A stretch of 64,000 nt of DNA, taken from contig JANOVV010000028.1 of NCBI GenBank assembly GCA_031417555.1, forward strand, positions 77,984 to 141,983, given 5' to 3'. The notes beneath the pieces are model-generated. The model had not been told where the DNA came from and made no database searches. It saw nothing but the letters and a program-made list of their open reading frames with translations. Each line of letters starts with the position of its first letter. Positions within the stretch are counted from its first letter, which is position 1. This document shows positions 18,755 through 29,300 of the stretch, piece by piece. Position numbers and translations under genes: made by a program. This stretch comes from Bacteroidota bacterium (lineage in GTDB: Bacteria; Bacteroidota; Bacteroidia; AKYH767-A; 2013-40CM-41-45).

Positions 18755-19336
18755 ATGGAAATTTTTACTGATATAATACAAATACTAAAACAGCCATGGC
18801 CCTGGTATGTAGCTGGACCTATTATTGGTATTTGTGTGCCGCTTCTTTTATTAGCGGGTAACAAATCGTTAGGAATATCATCATCTTTAAGAGAAATTTG
18901 TGCTGCAATTATTCCTGGTAAAGTCGCTTTCTTAAAATTTAACTGGAAAGCTCAAAAGTGGAATCTTGTATTTATTTTAGGATTGGTTGTCAGCGGATTT
19001 GTTGGAGGCGTATTATTGAAAAATGATGAGCCTGTAAATATTGCAGCATCAACGAAAGCGATGCTTATTGAATATGGCATAACCGATCAAAGTGGCATTA
19101 TGCCTACATCGGTTTTCAATTTTGAATCATTGTTTAATGTTAGTGGGTTTATTCTTATCGTGATCGGAGGTTTCCTAGTTGGATTCGGAACCAGATGGGC
19201 TGGAGGGTGTACTTCCGGTCACGGTATTTTTGGATTGGCTACATTTCAAATACCATCACTCATTGCTACAATTACTTTTTTTGCTTTTGGCATTCTTACC
19301 AGCTGGTTTTTATTACCTGTCATTCTTAAGTTGTAA
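18755..19336 (+). CDS. YeeE/YedE-family sulfur-compound (thiosulfate) transporter, first half
   Basis: ...GTRWAGGCTSGHGIFG... motif and 4-5 TM helices. Confidence 0.65.
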   Translation: MEIFTDIIQILKQPWPWYVAGPIIGICVPLLLLAGNKSLGISSSLREICAAIIPGKVAFLKFNWKAQKWNLVFILGLVVSGFVGGVLLKNDEPVNIAASTKAMLIEYGITDQSGIMPTSVFNFESLFNVSGFILIVIGGFLVGFGTRWAGGCTSGHGIFGLATFQIPSLIATITFFAFGILTSWFLLPVILKL

Positions 19337-19357
19337 TACATCTAAAAAATATTTTCA

Positions 19358-19762
19358 ATGATCAGATATTTCTTTATTGGCTTATTATTTGGTCTGGCAT
19401 TAATTAAGGGAGAAGCAATTTCCTGGTATCGTATGCAAGAGATGTTTCATTTTCAGGGATTTCAGATTTTCGGTTTTTTCTTTACTGCTGTACCGACAGC
19501 TGCATTGTTACTTTTCCTGATCAAAAAATTTAATGTTAAGACAACAGGTAAAGAGGAATTGAAACCGAAGAAAAAATATTTTAACAAAGGAACGGTGTAT
19601 GGATCCGCACTTTTTGGGATCGGCTGGGGATTGACAGGTGCTTGTCCGGGACCCATATATGTTCAAATAGGAAGCGGATATTTTATTTCAATAGTCTTAT
19701 TGCTAAGTGCTCTGGCCGGAACCTGGGTATATGCTTTTTTCCGAGAGAAGCTGCCGCATTAA
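19358..19762 (+). CDS. YeeE/YedE-family transporter, second half
   Basis: ...GWGLTGACPGP... motif. Confidence 0.65.
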   Translation: MIRYFFIGLLFGLALIKGEAISWYRMQEMFHFQGFQIFGFFFTAVPTAALLLFLIKKFNVKTTGKEELKPKKKYFNKGTVYGSALFGIGWGLTGACPGPIYVQIGSGYFISIVLLLSALAGTWVYAFFREKLPH

Positions 19763-20345
19763 ATATTTAAGTTTGATTTTTTTAATCATTTAGATTGGAT
19801 TGATATTCCATTCTTGATTCTAGTATTTTATTCTTTTAATATAGTGAAAAAGTTTCATGTCATTTTTTGTTACTTTTTGCTAAATAGTTTTTGAATTCTA
19901 TCTGATAATCTTGTAATCAAGTCCGATCCCATCAATTATTTCTCAGAAGTTTAATGAAATATGATATTTGAATTAATGTTCAATTCTTTGAAACAATTTT
20001 TTCATCTTTTGTTGTTAAAATGAATTTTAAATTTCATTTACCAATCTAAACCATACGTTTACAAAATTTGCTATATTATTTTTTCCTCAATCGATCTGTA
20101 ATAATTTGATAAAAACGATCTTCGTTGCTTAAAATTCAAATATTGCAAATCCTTAAACCCCACTATTTAAAGGCCTTTTGACGATTTTATTTCCAAAAAC
20201 TCGATTAATTTAGTTAAAATATTTTTTTTTAAAAAATTATCCTTGATAATATACTTGCATACATATTAAACCAATTTTAGAAAAGTTGTGATAATTCCTC
20301 ACAACCATATTTAATAATTAAAATAAACAAATATAAAATATACCC

Positions 20346-23300
20346 ATGCAAAAAATCACTACTCAACTTTTGTTTTATTGTTGTGAAAAAAGATTAACTC
20401 GAACAATTCCTGTAATCTTACTCCTCATTAATTTTGCAATTAATGTACCGGAATCATTTGGTCAAAGCCAATCGATTAGTACACCTGGTGTATCAATCGG
20501 AGGTAGTTCTACTACCGGCTCAGTATCGGCCGGAATTCCAAATTGTGTTCCACCAATATGTACAATTTCAGGAAGTACTTCAATTTGTCCTGGAACGGCA
20601 ACCACATTATGTGCGCCAGTAGGCCTTGCAGCTTATTCGTGGAGCACCGGTTCTACAGCTCAGTGTATTTCCGTTACAACACCCGGCACTTACATTGTAA
20701 CTATTACAGCTGTAGGTGGGTGTACGAGTACATGTAACATTACTGTAACTACAGCAACAGCACCAATATCAGGTAGCGGTTCTATTTGCAGTGGTGGTTC
20801 TACGCAATTATGTTCTGTGGCAGGTGCAAGTTCATATTCCTGGAGCACAGGAGCTACGACACAATGTATTACGGTAACAACAGCCGGTACTTATTCAGTC
20901 ACTACATGTATTAACGGTTGTTATATCACAAGCAGTAAAACAGTAACAGTTGGTTCTGTTTCTTGCTCAATCACTGGTAATAGTACAATTTGCTCGGGTG
21001 GATCCACTTCTCTATGTGCACCCTCCGGACTCTCTTCATATTCCTGGAGTACAGGAGCAACAACAAAATGTATTACTGTAAGTTCAGCTGGTACATATAC
21101 AGTAACTGTGTCTAACGGTGGATGTACAAGTAGTTGTAGTAAGACAGTAACAGTTCGACCAGCTTTAAATTGTACAATTACCGGAGCATCTTCTTTTTGT
21201 CAGGGGGGCTCTACTCAGCTTTGTTTGCCTACGGGTTATCAATCTTATTCATGGAATACAGGTGCAACTACACGTTGCATTACAGTAACATCCGCAGGAA
21301 CATATTATGGAAACGTTAATGATGGTACATGTAATAAAACTTGCAGCAAGGCTGTAACCGTTACATCTGTCAATTGTTCGATTACGGGAAGCAGTTCTAT
21401 TTGTCCGGGTACAACAACACAATTATGCGGACCGGCTGGACAATCATCTTATTCATGGAGCACAGGTTCAACATCACAATGTATAACAGTTGGTTCAAGT
21501 GGTACATATACATTAACAGTCACCAATGGAGGTTGTACTAGTAGTTGTTCTAAAACAGTTACTGTAGGTGCAATAAGTTGCAGTATTACTGGAAGCAGTA
21601 CAATTTGTGCCGGAGGCTCAAATCAATTATGTGCACCTGATGGAATGGCAACTTATTCGTGGAGTACCGGAGCAACAACACAATGTATTATTGTAAACAA
21701 TTCAGGTAATTATTCTGTTACCATCACCAATGGCAGTGGTTGCAGCAGTTCGTGTAGTAAATCAGTTTCTCTTAATAATACTTTAAGTTGTAATATAACA
21801 GGTACAACAGCAATTTGTCCGGATGGTACGACACAACTTTGTGCACCAGCAGGAATGGCAACTTATTCATGGAGTACAGGAGCAACTACACAATGTATAT
21901 TTGTAAGCTCTGCATCAACATATACTGTAACAGTTACTGATGGAAGTGGATGCAACAGCACTTGTTCAAAATCGGTAACAATAATTAATACAGATGATGG
22001 CAATGCATGTACTATAGATGCTTGTAATCAGCAAACGGGCGGCGTAACACATACTGCAGTAAATACAGATGATGGTAATGCCTGCACAGTTGATGCCTGC
22101 AATATTCAAACCGGAGTAATAACTCATACTTATGCAAGCATTGATGATGGTAATCCGTGTACCATTGATGCTTGTAATTCATTAACGGGTGGTGTTACGC
22201 ATACAGCTGTTAATACAGATGATGGCAATGCTTGTACAATCGATGCTTGTAATATTCAGACGGGAGTAATAACTCATACAGCAGTAAATACAGATGATGG
22301 CAATCCATGTACCGTAGATGCTTGTAATGTACAAACAGGAGGAATTACTCATACAGCGGTAAATACTGATGATGGCAATCAATGTACTATTGATGCATGT
22401 AATTCGTTAACGGGAGGTATTACACATACAGCAGTAAATGTTGATGATGCAAATGCATGTACAATTGATGTATGTAATTCTATAACAGGCATTACTCATA
22501 CAGCTGTTTCAACTAACGATAATAATGCTTGTACATACGATGGTTGTGATCCTGTAACAGGTGTATTTCACAATACAATCAACTCAGATGATAACAATCC
22601 GTGTACAATAGACAATTGTAATTCATTAACAGGAATTACTCATACAGCAGTCAACCCTGACGATGGCAATGTTTGTACGACGGATGGTTGTAATACGGCG
22701 ACAGGAGTATTTCATATTTCGGTTTCTGTAAATGATAACAACCTGTGTACAATTGACGGTTGTGATCCAATTACCGGCATATTCCACATATTAAAAAATA
22801 CGGATGATGGAAATGCTTGTACAATAGATGCCTGTAATAGTGTTTCAGGAGCGATTACGCATGTGCCTGTAAATATAAACGACAACAATGCTTGTACCAC
22901 TGATGCTTGCGACCCGATAACCGGAATCATTACATATGTATTGGTTTCTACTGAAGACGGCAATGCTTGTACAATAGATGGTTGTAATTCGATAACGGGT
23001 GTAACTCATGTTCCGGTTTCTACCAATGATAATAATGCCTGTACGTTTGACGGTTGTGATCCTGTGCTTGGAGTATTTCATAATACAATAAGTTCTGACG
23101 ATAACAATCCATGTACTTTAGATAATTGTAATCCGGTAACAGGTATTTTCCATACGGCAGTTGATCCAAACGATGGTAATGTTTGTACAACAGATGGTTG
23201 TAATACTGCAACAGGAGTATACCATATTTCGGTTTCAGTTAATGATAATAATCTATGTACAATAGATGGTTGTGATCCTGTTAACGGAATATTCCATATC

Positions 23301-26300
23301 TTAAAAAATACTGATGATGGAAATGCATGTACAATTGATGCTTGTAATTCTCTTACAGGTGCAATTACACATGTTCCGGTAGTAATAAATGATAACAATG
23401 CTTGTACGACAGATGCTTGTGATCCTGCTACCGGAGTAGTCACACATATTCAGCTTTTAACAGATGATGGCAATGCCTGTACAATTGATGATTGTAATAT
23501 TTTTACAGGGGTTACACATGTACCGGTATCCACTAACGACAACAATGCTTGCACGTTTGATGGTTGTGATCCGGTTTTAGGTGTATTCCACAATACGATT
23601 AGTTCAGATGATAATAATCCTTGTACAATAGATAATTGCAATGTTTCAACAGGTGTATTCCACACTCCAGTTAATCCGGATGATGCTAATGTTTGTACTA
23701 CGGATGGTTGTAATTCAATTACAGGAGTATTCCATATTTCACTTTTGACCAATGATAATAACTACTGTACGATTGATGGCTGTGATCCGATAACAGGAAT
23801 TTTTCATACTCCGGTAAATGCGGATGACGGCAACTCTTGTACGGAAGATAATTGTATTCCGGCAAATGGTTCGATTACTCATGTTCCATTCAATGTAAAC
23901 GATAACAATCCGTGTACAATTGATGCATGTAATCCTGCTTTTGGAAACATTACACATGTTCCGGTAATTACTGATGATGGCAATCCTTGTACAATTGATG
24001 CTTGTAATTCTTTCTCAGGAGTAGTTACGCATTTAGCGGTTATTATAAACGATAACAATGCTTGTACAATGGACGCTTGTGATCCATTTAACGGGAATAT
24101 TACACACATGGCAGTATTTATAGATGACGCTAATGCTTGTACCAACGATTTTTGTAATTCTATTACAGGAGGTATAACTCATCCGGCAATTATAATTAAC
24201 GATAACAACGCTTGTACTGTTGATGCCTGTGATCCTGCAACCGGAAATATTACACATGCCCAAATAATTACCGACGACGGAAATAAATGTACCATTGATG
24301 CATGTAATTCCTCTACCGGTGCAATTACGCATGTTGTTATTAATCCAAATGATAATAATCCTTGTACAGTAGATGCTTGTGATCCTATTACCGGAAATAT
24401 TACAAATATTCCCGGAATTACGGATGATGGTAATGCTTGTACAATAGATGCATGTAATCCGGCAACAGGTGCAGTTACACATGTTGTAAAAGATGTTGAC
24501 GACAACAATGCATGTACGGTTGATGCTTGTAATCCTTCTACCGGAAATATTACTCATACACTTGTAATTACCGACGACAGCAATGCGTGTACAGTTGATG
24601 CTTGTAATTCTGCAACCGGCGCAATCAGCCATGTTGTTGTTGATCCAAACGATAATAACGCTTGTACGGTTGATGCATGTAATCCTTCAACGGGAAATAT
24701 TACACATATACAAACAATTACCGATGATGGTAATGCCTGTACAATTGATGCTTGTAATACTGAAACCGGTGCTGTTACACATGTTGTTAAAAATGTAAAT
24801 GATAATAATGCTTGCACGGTCGATGCTTGTAACCCTTCCGACGGAAATATAACTCATACACTTATAATTACAGATGATGGCAATAAATGCACAGTGGATG
24901 CTTGTAATTCTGCAACGGGTGCAGTTACCCATGTAGTTAAAGATGTCGACGATAATAATGCATGTACTTTAGATGCTTGTGATCCTTCCGACGGAAACAT
25001 TACACATACACTTGGAATTACTGATGATGGCAATGCTTGTACTGTTGATGCCTGTAACTCTGCCACCGGAGCAGTAACCCATGTAGTAATTGATGTTGAT
25101 GATAGTAACGCATGTACAGAGGATGCCTGTGATCCTTCCAACGGAAATATTACACACACACTTGGAATTACTGATGATGGTAATGCTTGTACTGTTGATG
25201 CTTGTAATACGGCCACAGGAGCCGTAACGCACATGGTAATAGGTGTAGATGATAAGAATGAATGTACGGTAGATGCTTGTGATCCTGCAAATGGAAATAT
25301 TTCGCACAATGCAGTCATTACCGATGATGGTAATGCTTGTACAATCGATGCTTGTAATTCAGCCACAGGAGCAATAACACATGTGGTTATAAATGCAAGT
25401 GATGACAATGCTTGTACAATAGATGCTTGTGATCCTGCTTCAGGTAATATCACTCATATTACATTTAATACAAATGATGGTAATGCGTGTACAATCGATG
25501 GTTGTAACCCATTAACAGGAGAATTTCATATTCCGGTATCAACGGAAGATAACAACCTTTGTACTTTTGATGGTTGTGATCCTGTCCTTGGTGTTTTCCA
25601 TAATGCAGTTAACTCAAATGATAATAACTTATGTACAGCAGATGGTTGTAATTCGCTTACAGGAATTTTCCATACTACAATAGATCCTAATGATAACAAT
25701 GTTTGTACAACTGATGGTTGTAACACTTTAACCGGTGTTTTCCATATTTCAGCCTTAACAAACGACAATAACGCATGTACAATCGATGGTTGTGATCCGA
25801 TAACTGGTATTTTCCATACTCTTAAAAATGCTGATGATGGTAATGCTTGTACAATTGATGCTTGTAATACAGCAACAGGAGCAATAACACACGTTGTTGT
25901 TGTTACAAACGATAACAATGCTTGTACAGTTGATGCTTGCGATCCGGCTACAGGATTTATTACTCATAATGCAATTAGTATTGATGATGGTAATGCTTGT
26001 ACAGCTGATGCATGTAATACAACTACAGGTGCTATTACACATGTTGTTGCAAATACTAACGATAACAATGCATGTACAATAGATGCTTGTGATCCTGCTA
26101 CCGGATTCATAACTCATGCATTTATTAATACCGATGATGGCAATGCTTGTACAACTGATGCTTGTAATTCAGTTACCGGTTCAATTACACACGTTCCCGT
26201 TAATATCAGTGATAACAATGTATGTACTACCGATGCTTGTGATCCATTAACTGGATTTATCTTACATACAACTTTAAATCCCGATGACGGCAATGTTTGT

Positions 26301-29300
26301 ACTATTGATGCTTGTAATTCAATTACCGGAATAACACATGTTCAGGTTTCTTCAAACGATAATAACGCATGTACCTTTGATGGATGTGATCCGATACTGG
26401 GCATATTCCACAATACCATCAGCTCGGATGATAACAACCCTTGTACAATCGATAATTGTAATTCAATAACAGGAATATCTCATACTACTGTTAATCCTGA
26501 TGATGGCAATGTTTGTACAATAGATGCTTGTAACACAATAACAGGAGTAACTCATACTTCAGTCGCAACTAACGATAACAATGCATGTACTATCGACGGT
26601 TGTGATCCTGTTACCGGAATATTCCATATAGCTAAAAATACCGATGATGGTAATGCTTGTACCGTTGATGCATGTAATACTTTAACAGGTGCTATTACAC
26701 ACATTGTTGTAAATACAAATGACAACAATGCTTGTACCGTTGATGCTTGTGACCCTTCTACAGGATTTATTACTCACACAGCTATCAGTATTAATGATGG
26801 TAACGCTTGTACTGTTGATGCTTGTAATTCATCTACTGGTGATATTACTCATGTTCTTGTAAATGTAAACGACGGCAATGCATGTACTCTGGATGCTTGT
26901 GATCCTGTTACTGGCTTCATAACTCATAATGCTATCAGTATAAATGACGGCAATGCTTGTACTGTTGATGCTTGTAATTCAGCAAACGGCGACATTACGC
27001 ATGTGCTTGTAAATGTAAATGATGGTAATGCTTGTACAGCCGATATTTGTGATCCGGCCACAGGGTTTATTACTCATCCGTTTATAAATACTGATGATGG
27101 TAATGCATGTACAGTTGATGCCTGTAATTCAACTACTGGAGCTATCACACATGTTGTTGTAAATACAAACGACAACAACGCATGTACAATAGATGCTTGT
27201 GATCCTGCTACAGGATTCATAACTCATACAGTTATTAATACAGATGATGGTAATGCTTGTACTATTGATGCTTGTAATTCAGCTACAGGTTCAATTACAC
27301 ATGTCCTTGTTAATATTAACGATAACAATGCATGTACAACTGATGCCTGTGATCCAGCGACAGGATTTATCACTCATACATTTTTAAATCCTGATGATGG
27401 TAATGTTTGTACCATTGATGCTTGTAATTCAATCACCGGAATAACGCATGTTCAGGTTTCTTCAAACGATAACAATGTTTGTACATTTGATGGTTGTGAC
27501 CCAATAACAGGTGTGTTCCACAATACAATCAGCTCTGATGATAACAACCCTTGTACAATCGATAATTGTAATTCAATAACAGGAATATCACATACTTCAG
27601 TTAACCCTGACGATGGCAATGTTTGTACAATAGATGCTTGTAACTCAATAACAGGAGTAACTCATACTTCAGTTGCAACTAATGATAACAATGCATGTAC
27701 GATCGACGGTTGTGATCCTGTTACCGGTGTTTTCCATATCGCTAAAAACATAGACGATGGTAATGCATGTACAGCCGATGCTTGTAATTCAGCCACTGGT
27801 GCGATCACTCATGTTTTTGTTAATACAAACGACAATAACGCATGTACTGTCGATGCTTGTGATCCTGTTACAGGAATAATTACCCATGTTGTCATAAGTA
27901 TTGATGATAATAATGCATGTACAGCGGATGCTTGTAATTCAATCACAGGATTGGTTACTCATACCAATGTCATTACTGATGATGGCAACCCTTGTACGAA
28001 TGATGTTTGTAATCCTTTTACAGGCATAATTACTCATACAGCTACTATTACAGATGATGGTAATCCTTGTACAATTGATGCTTGTAACTCAGTTACAGGA
28101 GGAGTTACCCATACAGCTGTAAATACGGATGATGGTAATGCTTGTACTACAGATGCTTGTAATCCTGCAACTGGCGCAATTACTCATACAGCAGTTAATA
28201 TCGACGACAGCAACCCTTGTACAATTGATGCATGTAATTCTGTAACAGGAGGCATAACTCATACAGCTGTAAATACGGATGATGGAAATGCTTGTACAAC
28301 GGATGCTTGTAATCCTTCTACAGGTGCTATCACTCACATAGCAGTAGTTACTGATGATGGTAATGCTTGTACGGTTGATGCTTGTAATTCAAGTACTGGT
28401 GTAATCACTCATACAGCTTTGAATACGGATGATGGAAATGCTTGTACAACGGATGCTTGTAATCCTTTAACAGGTGCTATCACTCATACAGCAGTTGTTA
28501 TAGATGATAATAATGCTTGTACAGTTGATGCCTGTAATTCAGTAACAGGTGTAATAACTCATATTGCAAATCAACCAACCACTTGTACAATAACTGGTAA
28601 TAGTGATATATGTTTTTCAGGAAATACAACTTTATCTGTCTCGAATGTGGGATCATATTTATGGAGTACAGGTCAAACTACTTCATCAATAACTGTTACT
28701 TCTGCAGGTTTATACTCTGTAATTGTTACTAGCAACAACGGTTGCAGCAGTACTTGTTCACTTACAGTAACTTCTCATAATTGTGGAATTACTCTTAGAA
28801 AAACGCCGGATAAGTGTGAATTTCCTGATGGCGTTCCAACTTTAGTAAATTTCGAATATGTTGTAAAGAATAATTTGACAAGTGGTTTCAGTGCGTCAGG
28901 TATCTTAACAGATGATAATGGTACTCCGTTAAATAAATTGGATGATGTATTAGTTTGTAATTGGGGACCAATTATTCCCGGAGACAGTACAATTTGTTAT
29001 AAAGCATTTACAATATCAAGTACCTATACAAATATTGCAATAGCTTCCGGAACTTCCGGAGGAGCATCGGTTTCAGCAATTGCTACTGCTACTGTAAAGG
29101 GCGTGAATTGCAATTGTAATCTTAACTACCCCGACAACTCAAATTTACCTCGCTCTGCTGTAATTTTTAACGAAAGTGAAATTTTGAGAACCTCAGAACC
29201 AGGTCCAACATCTTGTGCTACTTTAGGATCAAAGATTAAACTTTGGTATAATGATGAACATGCTATGTTACTTGGTATTAAATCGGTTAGCGTAAAAACT

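Noticed and set aside
22182-26117. A dozen or more antisense or out-of-frame ORFs of 60-200 aa inside the giant gene (e.g. 24033..24632-, 24854..25453-, 25526..25918-)
   Set aside because: They lie wholly within the tandem-repeat region of the 20346..30806 CDS and are themselves repetitive Cys/Ile/Thr-rich translations of the same repeats. They are artefacts of low-complexity repeat DNA with few stop codons.
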